Below are positions 10,410 through 22,470 of a DNA stretch of 64,000 nt, in pieces. The stretch lies in IMG/VR virus record IMGVR_UViG_3300029705_000021. The stretch is one strand, 5' to 3'. Source of the DNA: a virus (taxonomy: Duplodnaviria > Caudoviricetes). The number at the start of each line of letters is the position of its first letter. The first letter of the stretch is position 1. Made by a program: the position numbers and the translations under genes. The notes under the pieces were generated by a model that saw only the letters and a program-made list of their open reading frames with translations, did no database searches and was not told where the DNA came from.

Positions 10410-11414
10410 TTAAACTAATTTTGATAAAGTTTTTGCTGCAAACTCTTTTCTGCTATTTGATATTTTTGCATATCGCTTTGTATTTTGAATATTGTGATGT
10501 CCTAAAACATCTGCTACTAAATAAATATCTCCAGTTGCTTCATATAAGTTGGTAGCTGTTGTACTTCTTAATTTATGAGGTGTTATCTTTTTATCAATAT
10601 TATAAGTATATTTTTTCAACATGTGTCGAATAGTAGAAGTACTTATTCTTTTCTTTTCTGCAGATATAAACAAAGCATTACAATTATTACCATCTATCAT
10701 TTCTTGTCGGTCTTTAAGCCATTCATTTAAATAGTTAATCATTTTATCTGATAAAAATATTTCTCTTTCATAGTTTCCCTTTTCAATTGTTTTTATGGTT
10801 TTCTTTTTAAAATCAATATCATCAAGATCAATATTGGTTATTGCAGAAACTCTAAGACCTGTAGTAACACCAAGAAGTACAATACATAAATCTCTATTTT
10901 TCCATTTACGTTGTGTTGCCTTTGCTTTTGGAGTTCCTACTCCATTACAAATATTCTTTTTTATTCTATTAATTTCCGATGGTGTTAAACTAATAATTTC
11001 ATGTTCTTTTTTATCTTTAGGTACTTCTATTTCATCACAAGGATTATAATCAATATATCTACAAAGTTTGAGATATTTACAAAAATGTTTTATTGCATAA
11101 AATTCCGCAGCACAACTTCCAGCCTCTTTGTTTTTATATTCTCCGTTTGGACTATGATATTTTATATAATCCATATATGATATAATATGTGAATAATTAA
11201 TATTTTTTATATTATTAATGTCATCTATATTAATATTAAAATTTGTTTCTAAATAATTGCAAAAATTAATTACATGATTAATATAAACATTTTTTGTTGT
11301 AAAAGTCTTATTACCAAATGACTTAGAATATCCTTTGATTACTAAAGGCTGTTCATTAATTAAGTTTTGTAATTTATATTCTATTTTTTTATCTTTATTT
11401 AATCTTCCTGACAT
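10410..11414 (-). CDS. Tyrosine recombinase (XerC/D-like, YopP-like)
   Basis: Catalytic residues TGLRVS, KGN, PHKLR, LGH, TKRY. Confidence 0.92.
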   Translation of the reverse strand: MSGRLNKDKKIEYKLQNLINEQPLVIKGYSKSFGNKTFTTKNVYINHVINFCNYLETNFNINIDDINNIKNINYSHIISYMDYIKYHSPNGEYKNKEAGSCAAEFYAIKHFCKYLKLCRYIDYNPCDEIEVPKDKKEHEIISLTPSEINRIKKNICNGVGTPKAKATQRKWKNRDLCIVLLGVTTGLRVSAITNIDLDDIDFKKKTIKTIEKGNYEREIFLSDKMINYLNEWLKDRQEMIDGNNCNALFISAEKKRISTSTIRHMLKKYTYNIDKKITPHKLRSTTATNLYEATGDIYLVADVLGHHNIQNTKRYAKISNSRKEFAAKTLSKLV

Positions 11415-12890
11415 ACAAACACCTCCTCTATTTATTTTGTTTTACAAATCTTTGATATATAACTCTATAAAAGTAATCAATATCATAATTAAACTTTAAA
11501 CCATACCAAACATATGCAATAATCATACCTTGGAATATATAGTGCTGTCTAAATATGCTTGAACCAATAAAAGCTATTATCAAAATTGGTATCTGTTCAC
11601 CTATATCTTGCCAGAACAATCTACTATCTTCTGACATTCTACAAACTCTTCTAACTATTTTTCTTTCCTTTTCATCTATACATACATTTAAATATCTTGA
11701 TTCTTTGTTCATAAATAATATCCTCTCCATTTCTAAGCATAAATCACATTTCCATCATTTTTCACATAAGCATCGCCTCGTCTCACCTCAGTAGTATTAA
11801 CTTCCTTTTTACAGAAAGGGCAATTCAACCATTTGTTATGTCTTTTATTTCTTTTCTTGCCTAAAGGTCTAGGAAGAGGCATAGCATTGCCACACTCAGG
11901 GCAAACGAAATAAGATATAGTATATTTCTGTCTTTTCAATATGTATCACATCCTTTCTTAAATTTTTGCGTTGTCAATTTTTTCTTCCAAGATATTTTTA
12001 TAAGCAGCCATTGCATTAATACTGTGTAAAGCAATTGACTGCCAAAATATACCAACACCTGCAGCTTCAACAATTTTATCGACTCTACTATCATTTTCTT
12101 TGTCATACTTTGTAAGCTTGTGCATTGCTTCAATTGTTTTTTGGAGGTTTTCAATTTCCATTCGAGCTTCTCTAACCGTCATAATTACACGTCCTTTCTA
12201 AAATTAGTTCCTTTATGTAGAGCATACACTAAATAATTAGTTCCAAAAGAAGAAGTTTTCTTGTGAAACTCTTCATCACTTAAAGGAGTAAGCATAAGAT
12301 TTAACTCATAGGTTTCCTTACCAGCTTTGTCAGTGAAGTATTCCTTGTAAGCATACACAACATGATCTGCTTGAGTATCTTTTAACTTATCCATTGCTGC
12401 GTTTTCCCATTCTTTAAGAGTTTCATTTACTTTTTCTTTAGATAACCAACCTATTTCAGTAGGATGATACAACCAATTAATTATTCTAATCATAATAAAC
12501 TCTCCTTTCTAAATTTCAATTCCGTGTTCTTTATGCTATTTATGTCAGTAATTCTTACTTCCAATTTTCTTCATCATAATAATTACCTCTTAACTTTCTC
12601 TCTGATTATTTAAATCTTCGATCTGTTTATTTAGTTTATCTACTTGTCTTTGAATTTTTTCCAAGAAGATATCAATTGCCTTGTTAATATCCTTTTCTAG
12701 TAAATATACACAACCATAATTATCTTCTCTTTCAATTTTATCCTTATGAATTTTATCGGAATACGAATTTTCTAATATATACATTTTGTTTGTTTCTCTT
12801 ACATTGTCATGTTCTATACACTGTATCTTATTACTACATCCCCAACCTAAGCGATATTCATATAATTTCATATCAACCAACCTCACTTTC

Positions 12891-13418
12891 TTATATCTTC
12901 TTACACTTCAAAATATTAGGTTTAATAGTCTCAATAATGTCAAACCATTCAGAAATATAATCTGTATATTTAATTAGTTTTTCGTTACGTTGATATCCCT
13001 TAGTAGTAACTTTACCAACGCCAGACTTATCACCTTCATAAATTGTAATGTAAATATCTGTGTTATCATTAGCATAATCATGAATATCATTAAGAACTGA
13101 GCTAATTAAATTAACATCTTCTAAAACATTTAAAACATTACTACATATAATAGCTGAAGGATGCCAAAAACATTGTTCAAGTCTACTAAAACATTTCTTA
13201 TTTTCTTTTTCGCTTCTATTATAAGGATCATATCCTATCCATTCATAGCCACACTCTTCTGCATATTCTTTATTTGTATTGTACTTTCCACAGCCATAAT
13301 CAAATATTAAAGAAGCAATTGGATATTTATCTTTAATGAGTTTATACACTGTGTTAAGTGTGTTTATTGACGTAGCAGCCGAAGTTATCTTTTGAGTTGT
13401 AATTGTATCTGCAACCAT
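12891..13418 (-). CDS. Class I SAM-dependent methyltransferase
   Basis: FDYGCGK motif I, GYDPY, CSNVLNV. Confidence 0.8.
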   Translation of the reverse strand: MVADTITTQKITSAATSINTLNTVYKLIKDKYPIASLIFDYGCGKYNTNKEYAEECGYEWIGYDPYNRSEKENKKCFSRLEQCFWHPSAIICSNVLNVLEDVNLISSVLNDIHDYANDNTDIYITIYEGDKSGVGKVTTKGYQRNEKLIKYTDYISEWFDIIETIKPNILKCKKI

Positions 13419-13466
13419 ATTATATCACCATTTCCTTTCTTTGTCAAATATATAAATTTAATTAGT

Positions 13467-14192
13467 TTAATGAGCAGGAAAGATAACTGACTGTCCATTC
13501 TTTAAAGTCCAGCATCCTTCATCATTGTATTTGCACTGAGCGCAATTTCCTCCACAATAAACACTGCCATATTCAGGAGCAGTTGTTCTACCATCAGCAT
13601 ATAATACATGGCTTACTGGAAGATTATGAGGATTTTCCATTTTAGTATTTTCCCAAGCACTCATAATACAATGAACATTAGGTTCAAAAGTATTTTCATT
13701 TAAGTATTCATTTACTTCTTCATAAGATTTTGTAAAGAATAAGATATCACATTTAGGATTATCTTTTGCTACCTTATTAATTAAAGGTAAATCAGCGGCA
13801 CATACATCACCACCAACATTTAAGCGCAATGTTTGTACACAGTTATATTTAATTCCGTAACTAACTTCATTCCAAAATCTTTCAATGTCAGCTTTATGTA
13901 CTGCTGAATTTCTAGCACGATCATTCTGTACTGCTGGTTGAAAACATACATTAATTACATCATAGCATTGCTTTTTACATTCATGGCAGTTATGACCACA
14001 GTCAGCTATAGGAATTAAGCTTACTGTATAAACTGATCTACCAGTTTTACTGTTGCCTTGCTGTAATTTAATATGTACATTATCAATATCTTTAATATAC
14101 TTTTCTCTCATTGCTACCATTTTCTTAACTCTACCCATAATAGCTTCTATACTCATATTTTTAATTTCTTTTGCTTTGTTCATAAATATCAC
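13467..14192 (-). CDS. GP88-like Cys-rich phage protein
   Basis: GNSKTG, CxxxCxxCxxxCY, RLNVGGD, FTKS, C-terminal CGGNCAQC...C. Confidence 0.7.
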   Translation of the reverse strand: MIFMNKAKEIKNMSIEAIMGRVKKMVAMREKYIKDIDNVHIKLQQGNSKTGRSVYTVSLIPIADCGHNCHECKKQCYDVINVCFQPAVQNDRARNSAVHKADIERFWNEVSYGIKYNCVQTLRLNVGGDVCAADLPLINKVAKDNPKCDILFFTKSYEEVNEYLNENTFEPNVHCIMSAWENTKMENPHNLPVSHVLYADGRTTAPEYGSVYCGGNCAQCKYNDEGCWTLKNGQSVIFPAH

Positions 14193-14520
14193 TCTCTTTC
14201 TTTAAAATTAATTTGTTTAATAGTTTAATAAAATATTTCTATAATAAAAAGGCACTGAATTTCTCCAATGCCTTTATTACTACCACTGATGCTGTTCAAA
14301 ATCTTCAAAGATTTCTTCAGCTTCATCACATTCTTCTCTAAGACCATAAAATGCTTTCTTCTCGTAATCATTAAGCACATTATCTAGCCATTCGGTTTCA
14401 TACTTCTGTTGTAACTTTTGTCTCAAAGCTTTATAATCTCTATGTGCGCTATCTTTTTTCTGTTTAAGCATTTCTCTAATAATACTAATTGTTTTTGCTT
14501 TCATAATAATTCTCCTTTCT

Positions 14521-15321
14521 TTAAGCAATCTGACTTGCTGTAACTGTTTTGCAATCAATACCTAATCTCTTTGCAATCTTCTGAACCTTAGTTGTATCCT
14601 TTTCTATAAGAATGCATTTACGATTAGTCTTGATGCAAGCTTCCCCAACTGAACCAGAGCCAGCGAATTGATCAAGAACAAGTTCATTTTCTAAAGTTAT
14701 GTATTCTAACAACTGTTCAAATAACAAACTAGGTTTCTCTGATTGACAAAGTTGTTCTTTTTTAGGAACTGCTTGAACACTAAACTCCATTGGGATTTCC
14801 GTATTAAACTCAGCAGGGAGCATACCGTTTGTACCTGACATTCTTCTAGTAGGATTTCCGTTTTCATCTAAGCCACGTTGTTTATCCCACTTTAATGCTC
14901 TCGCTTTGCCTTTAGAGAATATCATCAAGTCTTCTCTATCTTTAACAACTCTGCCTGTATTTCCTTTAAAAGTACCTTTTTGCCAAGGAACTTTTGCATA
15001 ATACAGAAAGCCAGCTTCTTGAGCCATTTTCTTAAGTTGATACAAATAATCGAAATTACTTTCGTTTTCATTAGGAATAACTTCAACCAAGAAACTACCT
15101 TCTTTTAAGATTCTTGCTTTTTCTTTGAAATCCTCAACAGTATATTCAAAGCACTCATAATCAGAGAAGTTTCTGTTACCACCTTTATTTGCCTTTGGAT
15201 CTGACCAAGGATGGTCTGTAATAATACAATCAATACTTTCATCTTGAAAAAATGATAAGTTTCTTCCATCGCCTTCAATAAGAATGCAGTCTTTATATTT
15301 TTTAAATCTGTTATCTGTCAT
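14521..15321 (-). CDS. Orphan N4C/N6A DNA methyltransferase (beta class)
   Basis: N-terminal catalytic motif ITDHPW (DPPY variant); C-terminal VLDQFAGSGS SAM-binding motif; EKP motif. Confidence 0.85.
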   Translation of the reverse strand: MTDNRFKKYKDCILIEGDGRNLSFFQDESIDCIITDHPWSDPKANKGGNRNFSDYECFEYTVEDFKEKARILKEGSFLVEVIPNENESNFDYLYQLKKMAQEAGFLYYAKVPWQKGTFKGNTGRVVKDREDLMIFSKGKARALKWDKQRGLDENGNPTRRMSGTNGMLPAEFNTEIPMEFSVQAVPKKEQLCQSEKPSLLFEQLLEYITLENELVLDQFAGSGSVGEACIKTNRKCILIEKDTTKVQKIAKRLGIDCKTVTASQIA

Positions 15322-16061
15322 AACATAACTCCTTTACCATTCATAAACATCTAAACCATCAACAACTTCACCATCACAATCAAGACATAACCAATTGCAA
15401 TCATTGTCCTTTGCAAGATCAAGACATCTTCTTAAATCATCAGGAATATTACGATTATCAAGATCTATGTTTACATAAATAAACCAACCAAAGTCTGCCT
15501 TATTGTATACAGATAACTGCATATTATCATTATCTGGCTCTATATTTAATAAATCAGCAGTTTCCTTTGTAATGTGAGCAGTAGAAATAGTTAACATTTT
15601 TGTAATTTCCATACTAATCAACCTCCTTTACTAACTGATTAAGAGTTACACATCTACAACCAAATTCTTCATCATCAAACTCAACAAAAGCTCCATCATT
15701 TGAAGCCCAATCATATTCTTCAAAAGTTCCATATGCTTTTAAGTTTTTATGATACACTCTATCACCTTTATTAAATTTCTTTTCCATAATATTAATCAAC
15801 CTCACTTTCTAAAATACTTTCATAATAATCTGTCTGATGTTTTCTACTACAAGAATTACAAGGATACATCCCTCCCATACCTACATGTTTACAGTTATGA
15901 CAAGGTGTTCCTTCAGCATATTTGTTGCTAATTGCATAATCCAATTTTCTGTAACTAACACCTAATTCATTAGCCAAATCTCTAACATCAGAATCCGTAT
16001 GTATTTTATCAAGCATTTCTTGTGTAACTTCAATCATACCAATCAACCTCTCTTTCTAAAA

Positions 16062-16736
16062 CTAATTAATTTCCTTTACAATTTTAATCTTGCAGCCGAA
16101 GTGTTTTTCTAAATCTTCCATTGTCATTTCTTTTACTTCTTCACGTTTCCACAATAATTCTCTATGTTCATCTAAATTTTCCATAATTGTTGTTGCGTAC
16201 CCTGTATTTGAGTAACCATATACAGCAACCACATCATAATCACGAGGTTTACTACATTTTATGGTACACATAAGTTCTTCATTATAATCATTAACCCATA
16301 AACATGAAGCATTCTGCATATAATCAAAAAAATCTCCCTTAGTAGTAGGCATATAAATCGCTTTATTTCCATTTCTTAACACCACTAAATATCCATATTT
16401 CAAATCTGCCTTTGTAAATTCTTTCTTCATAAAATCACTCCATTCTAATATTGTATAATTAAAACCATATTCAAAATTACATTCAATAAAATAGCCATAA
16501 TCACAATAACAACCATCATTACTATAGCAAGTTTCTTGTTTGTACATATTCCAGTTATTTGTACATAAGTAATCAGTACCAGTACACCATTTCATTCCAT
16601 GTTCATGCATTTGTTTACAGAAATCTTTTGCTTCTTCAATTGTTTTACAATGAACTGCAATTTTGTTACTTTTGTCTTTAAACTCTTCCCAATCAAATTT
16701 CTTCATCTTCCTCAGCCTCACTTTCATCATCTTCAT
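16062..16736 (-). CDS. Hypothetical phage protein; C-terminal half paralogous to 38048-38425
   Basis: Shared K.DLK.G..V..R.G and EMTM..LE.HFGCK.KIVK. Confidence 0.7.
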   Translation of the reverse strand: MKMMKVRLRKMKKFDWEEFKDKSNKIAVHCKTIEEAKDFCKQMHEHGMKWCTGTDYLCTNNWNMYKQETCYSNDGCYCDYGYFIECNFEYGFNYTILEWSDFMKKEFTKADLKYGYLVVLRNGNKAIYMPTTKGDFFDYMQNASCLWVNDYNEELMCTIKCSKPRDYDVVAVYGYSNTGYATTIMENLDEHRELLWKREEVKEMTMEDLEKHFGCKIKIVKEIN

Positions 16737-16983
16737 TCATTTCTGTTAAGATATCAAATAGGCTTTGAAGTTCTTCTCCGTCTAAGGTAATTCCTTTTAA
16801 TGGAGTCTCTGTACCATCTTCGTTTTGTTTCCAAGATCGGATATCATACTTCACACTTCCATTCCATTCAACAACTCTTAACTCCTTTGAGTTAGGAGAG
16901 TCACTATCGAGCACTCCTATCTTTTTAACAACCTTATGTTTAATTTCTTTATCATCTTTTTTAGAATAATTTTTAAATCCCAT
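16693..16983 (-). CDS. PC4/YdbC-family ssDNA-binding protein
   Basis: KELRVVEWNG..KYDIRSW...KGITL; acidic tail; start moved to MGFKNY. Confidence 0.85.
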   Translation of the reverse strand: MGFKNYSKKDDKEIKHKVVKKIGVLDSDSPNSKELRVVEWNGSVKYDIRSWKQNEDGTETPLKGITLDGEELQSLFDILTEMNEDDESEAEEDEEI

Positions 16984-18548
16984 CCTATATTTCCAGTCCT
17001 TTCTCTTCAAAAATCTTTTTAGCACAATCCAATAAAAAGTAACCATGCTTTTCATTTTCTTTTAGTTTCTTTGCAATAAATCTTCCAACAGCAATTGACA
17101 TTGGAAAGAAACCAAGCAACATATCGGCATAAATTGTATAATTTTCATCAGTATTTTCTTTAAGTACTATAAAATTATCTCTGTAAAGTTCCATATTACC
17201 AACCCTTTCTCTTTGTAAAATATCTTGCATTAATTGCCCTTCTGAACTGCCAAATATAGTCCTGAACAGTTTCTTTATAGCAATCATCTTTTGTACGAGC
17301 GACCTCTAACATAGGATTAAAGATATCATCGAAATCTCCGTGTCTAATACAAACAGAGATGTTTCCTTCTTTATCCTTCTCAATGAAACATTGAGTGTCA
17401 TTGTCAATAACAGAATATCTGTTTCCTTTACACATACACTCATTAATAAAAGTTTCAACATCTGCTTTCTTTCTAATTTTAAATCCTTGTGGTTTCATCA
17501 TAATTGTACAATTCATCATAGTATCAATCTCCTTTCTTATTTTAAAGCTTCTGCAAGTTCATAAAGCATTTCTTTGATTGCTTCTGCATCTTCAACAAGT
17601 TCTCTTACGGTATTAGGTACACCATTTTTCCCTCTACTATCAACCCATAATTCTACATGTTCGTCAACATCAAAATCATCTGCAATATATTCAAGGTCTT
17701 TAATAAAAGATTTAACTGGAGCATTGATATCAAAATCAACTACTATACCAAAGTCTTCACCTGCAGGAGAATATTTATTTAGTTCAACGTAGTTTCTTTC
17801 GTCATGATAAGTTGATTTTGATTCATTCCAAATCGAATAAGACCAATCTAAATCTTCTGCCTTAGTTAATAATTTCTCTAATTCCTTATTTTTCTTTTCT
17901 GTCATAATAATCACATTCCTTTCTTAAATTGCTTCCATATCAAATTGCATCATTTCTGCATCATTGCCTTCACCTTTAATAAGATTAACTGTCATAAACC
18001 CCATATAAGGTTCAACCGATTCCATTTTCCAACCATCTTCTAAGTAATCAAAGATAGTTTTCATTTGAGAATAATTTGTTTTGTACTCTTGCATATTCAT
18101 CACTCCTCACCATATAAATCTTCCAAGTTATCAGCTACATCATCAATTGAATACAAACATTCTTTAATGATATTACACAACTCATCTTTGCTAAGTTCCC
18201 AACCATGATTAGCAATCCAACCGTAACCTTTGCCTTGTCTTAAAGCTTCAATAAATTCATTCATCTTGCTCATAATGTTTCTCCTTTCTAACTAATTAAA
18301 ATTCCTTTGTTCTTTAATGGTATATTGCAGCGATCTTCTTCAATCATATCAATCATATACTGATTATTTTCATCTGTATCATTTACATCAAGAATATTCG
18401 TATACCAACCACAGTGAATTCCGTTAAGTTCATCATCATCTCCAAGATAAATTGGATACTGGCTAAGATCCTCTCCTTTCTTTTTTAATTCGTTTGCTAA
18501 ATCATAAATGTCTTTAAGTGTTAACTGTTTCATAATAATTCTCCTTTC

Positions 18549-20543
18549 TAAAATTGATTACTTTTGAGTTTATTTACTGAACACATCATCCATAAACATA
18601 AGGTCTAAGTGATGAGCAAGCACATTGAACTCATCTGACTTCTGCAACTTGTCAAACAACTCAGTAACATAATCAGTTTCATCTTTAAGTTCCTCTTCGT
18701 TATCTGAAATGTCTCTGATAAACTCCATCAACTTTTCTGCCATTTCTCGTGGTGTGTTTTCAAATTCCATAATAATTCCTCCTTTTGAAATTCCGAGTTT
18801 ATCGGAATACCCATTTATGAGTTTCAACAATCTCTTCAAACGATTTACTGTCCGCTTCTCTACCTTCATCATTATCATTGAAAATCGGCTCAATATTCAT
18901 ATAGAAACTAATTCCTTCATGTCTTACAATAATCGTTCCTTTTCTTGGATTTGCCATAGCCACATCAAATCCCTTGACATTATTTAATACGTCAAATACC
19001 TTATTTGTTACATTATAATTTCTTTCATCCATTTTTATTTCCTCCATTTTCCTGTTAAAATCCTGAATCTATATGGATAATTTATATTCTATATCCATAT
19101 CTACCATCTTCTTCTGTAATGCCGTCATCTGGACACACTTTTAAATCATGAATATTAATCTCTTCATCATTTAAACACAACTCTGTTCCATCATCCATAA
19201 CAGTATAATTTACGCAACCTCTGCAAAATTCTGTATACATATCAGTTCCTCCATTTTCTTAATCAAATTGTGTTTCTATTGTTACTTTTCAATTATGATG
19301 AATCCTTCTGCTTCCAATTCTTCAATAGTCCACTCTGGTCTATCTTCGTCATACCATTGTAAATTTTCACTTTCACATTCTCCACAAACTGTTCCACCGA
19401 GATTCATTAGCATTAATTCTCCACAATCGGAACATCTTACTAAATCACCACGTCCATCTGCATTTAAACAATCTAAATATACTTTTACTTCTTCCATAAT
19501 ATTTTCCTCCAATCCGTTATTAAAATCATTATTTTATTAGCAGAAGTATAATACATCATCATACATTCCTTGCTTAAATTCTTCGCCTTTCCAATCTTCA
19601 GCAGGAATATTTGTTCTTTTTTCTGCTTTTTGTTTTGCTTCTTCAATTGTTTCAGCAAGTACTACTGCATATTCAATCCCATGATAATTTAAACTAAATA
19701 CTTTCATATAAGAACCTCCTTAGATTTGTGTATTTATTGGGATACATTTTTCTTTTTTAATAACTCTTCTAATTGTTCTAGTTGCTCATAACTGATGAGC
19801 ATAAGCCCTTCTTTTTCGCATATTTCAGAATAATAAAAATCTATTCTTTCATTCATACTCCACTTTGGATATTTTCTTTCTAATTCTTCATATTCAAATA
19901 CAGCCATATCGTACTCTTCGCCATTACCATATTGAACATCTAAAGTTGAATGAATTTTTCCATCATAATCATATGAATGTTCTATTAGTGTACATAAATT
20001 TTCAAATGCGTCACTTAACTGTGTCCATGCTACAAATTCTATATTTCCTACTCTCATATCTTTTTCCTCCAATCCGTTATTAAAATCATTATTCTAAAGC
20101 TACATTTTAATTTCCATATCTGGTGTGAAATCTTCCCATTTCCAACCATACATATCACAAACCAAATCCATAAGGTCTACTGGACTTTCACACTTAAATT
20201 CCTTTTTCGTTTCAAGAATACATTGCATTACAAAATCTCTACTATCTTCTGCAAGAACGGTAAATTTCCATTCATCAAATTCGTCACCAGAGCCAGTTGT
20301 AATGAATAATGAATATCTGTTCATAGTATTTTCCTCCTTTGAAATCACTCTTTCATTGCCTCTTGCTCTGCTATATCCTCTAGTCTTTGGTTGCAAAACT
20401 CTCTTGTAAACCCATGACAAACATAGGTTCTTTTATTTGTTTCTTCGTTTTCTTTATAACCAAAATACTCATAACCATTCTGTCCCATTTTTTCTTCAAT
20501 ACCGTATTTCATAATTAAATCCTCCTTAAAATCGTCAATTTAA
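18549..20543. repeat. Nine copies of a 17-bp gene-junction motif (TRAAATY-N5-TTYAT consensus)
   Basis: Copies start at 18549, 18786, 19056, 19263, 19521, 19721, 20081, 20340, 20527; exact 32-bp duplication 19502-19533 / 20062-20093. Confidence 0.65.
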
Positions 20544-21472
20544 CAATCGAAACTCATAAAATGATAAGCAACAGCCTTAGCACCGAAGCTAGTTTCAACA
20601 TTACAAACCACAATATTTCTTGTGAACCATAATCCAGTAGGACTCCAAGGTAAGTTGATGTGTTCCCAGCTATCTTTTATATATTCTCTTTTCTCTTCTT
20701 CTGTAAAAGGAGAATCGAACCATACTTTGTAATAATAACTTTCATCGTTTGTATAATGTCTTTCATCGGATATGCTGTCATATAATTTAAGCTTTTCTCT
20801 AAGATTTCTCTTAAATTCTGCAACACTATGTAATCTCTGTTTACGAGAAGGGTTATATCCTTCAACTTGAATATTCATCAATTCTCTTATCAAAGAGATT
20901 TGGTGTCTAAGATCTTCTTTTTCACGCCATGTCATAATAATCACTCCTTTATATTTCGTTTGCAAAATAATATCCTGCACATAATAATAAAATAAACAAA
21001 ATTACAGTAGTTATAACAGGGCAGAAGTATAATGCCAGTTTCATTAATATAGCAATAGTAAGTGGGATTATTATCATAAGCACAGCAGCCAACAGCCCTC
21101 TTAAAATTTTAACAATTATCTTTTTCATTTCAATCACTCCTTTACATACTTTCTATTGCCAACTCAATAAGTTCATAAACAGTATCTGCATTATTTATCA
21201 TATATGTATCAAATTCATCAATACAAGCATCTGCATTTTTGCCTTGTTCTTCACAATCTTCTTTGTATCTTTCCCACATTGTATCTTCTACGATAGTTGC
21301 ATTAATTCGTTTGCCTTTATACTCAATCTCAGGATCTGACCAAGCACCGTGCCAAATAAATCCTACATCTTCAATTCCATACCAATTTGGATATTCTTTC
21401 ATAGGAAAACTTGCAACACCATTTTCTACTTTAAAATCTCTTTCAATTGTGCTAATCATAATAATCTCTCCT

Positions 21473-21718
21473 TTACACATTTAAATCTAATTCAAATTCC
21501 CTAACACACCTTTCCCATACCATTCTGTTTAATCCTTCAGAAATAGTTAATATTTTAGAATGATTTGGGTGTCTGTAGTGCCAATGGTCTCCACTTTTTC
21601 TGACAAGAACCCAACCATTCTTCCTTGCAATTCTCTGTGCTTCTCTAGTCGTGTACATCCTCATTTTAGTTTTGCTTTTTCCTTTAGATTTTCTAACATG
21701 CTGTGTCCTCTTAGCCAT
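21473..21718 (-). CDS. HicA-like mRNA interferase (no HicB recognised nearby)
   Basis: RKNGWVLVRKSGDHWHYRHP, matching the HicA GW...R.KG(S/D)H...HP pattern. Confidence 0.7.
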   Translation of the reverse strand: MAKRTQHVRKSKGKSKTKMRMYTTREAQRIARKNGWVLVRKSGDHWHYRHPNHSKILTISEGLNRMVWERCVREFELDLNV

Positions 21719-21759
21719 GTTCTCACTTCCTTTCTGTATTATTATTTAGTTTCTACACA

Positions 21760-21922
21760 ACTCAACAAACGTGTAAGAATTTCTTTAATATGTTCATATG
21801 ATGACTGCTTAAATTACCAGATTCACCTGGTTTAGCGAATCACGGAGTCGAATACACCAGGTTAATCTGGTATATTTAGCAGTCACATTAAATTTGTTTG
21901 CCTTGTTATGTATGTGTTCTTA
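21760..21922 (-). ncRNA. RT-associated structured unit A (long hairpin)
   Basis: Scaffold ACTCAAC...TTCTTTAATATGTTCATAT; stem TGACTGCT/AGCAGTCA enclosing TACCAGATTCACCTGGT/ACCAGGTTAATCTGGTA; closing arms TAAGAA 21774-79 / TTCTTA 21917-22. Confidence 0.8.
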
Positions 21923-21927
21923 TCACA

Positions 21928-21956
21928 ATTATAAAATTAATTAGTTAAAATGTCAA
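21928..21956 (-). promoter_or_regulatory. Consensus promoter for unit A and the hicA-like gene, with an operator in its spacer
   Basis: Minus strand TTGACA-17bp-TATAAT; spacer contains AACTAATTAA; predicted +1 (~21921-21922) falls at the 5' arm of unit A. Confidence 0.85.
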
Positions 21957-22470
21957 CTAATTTTTGCCTCATTATAATCTTCCAAAAGTTCTCTCAGATT
22001 CTCAGCTCTCCACCTGTGTAATCTTCTGTCACCAGTAAAGTACTTAACTCCATTAGGATGTTGAATAAACTGCTTTACAGTATTGTGATAGTGACCATCG
22101 TTGTGAACTTCTAAGTACTTGTTTGCGTTACGTTTGTTTTGATAAATTGTAACTTTTGTTTTGCTCATTTCATCACTTTCCTTTCTAATCCTCATCAAAT
22201 AATGTAAAGAACTTATTAGTCATAATCCAACGACCATTTTCTTTAACAAAGACATAATCTTCATCATTATATAAACCTTTTTGATCCATCTCTTCATCTC
22301 CATCAATTTCACTTGCACATTTCCATTCTATTCCTTCCATTTCTTTTCTAAAGCAATCTTGACATCTAGTACCTCTTGGAATAAACAAATAACCATTTGT
22401 AACATTCTTCTTACATTTGTTACATCTTCTCATAATAATCAATCCTTTCTTTAATAAAATAATTTAATAT

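Noticed and set aside
10410-11414. Prophage integrase marking an att site or prophage boundary
   Set aside because: Phage-type genes continue on both sides, and no host genes, tRNA or att-like duplication are visible.
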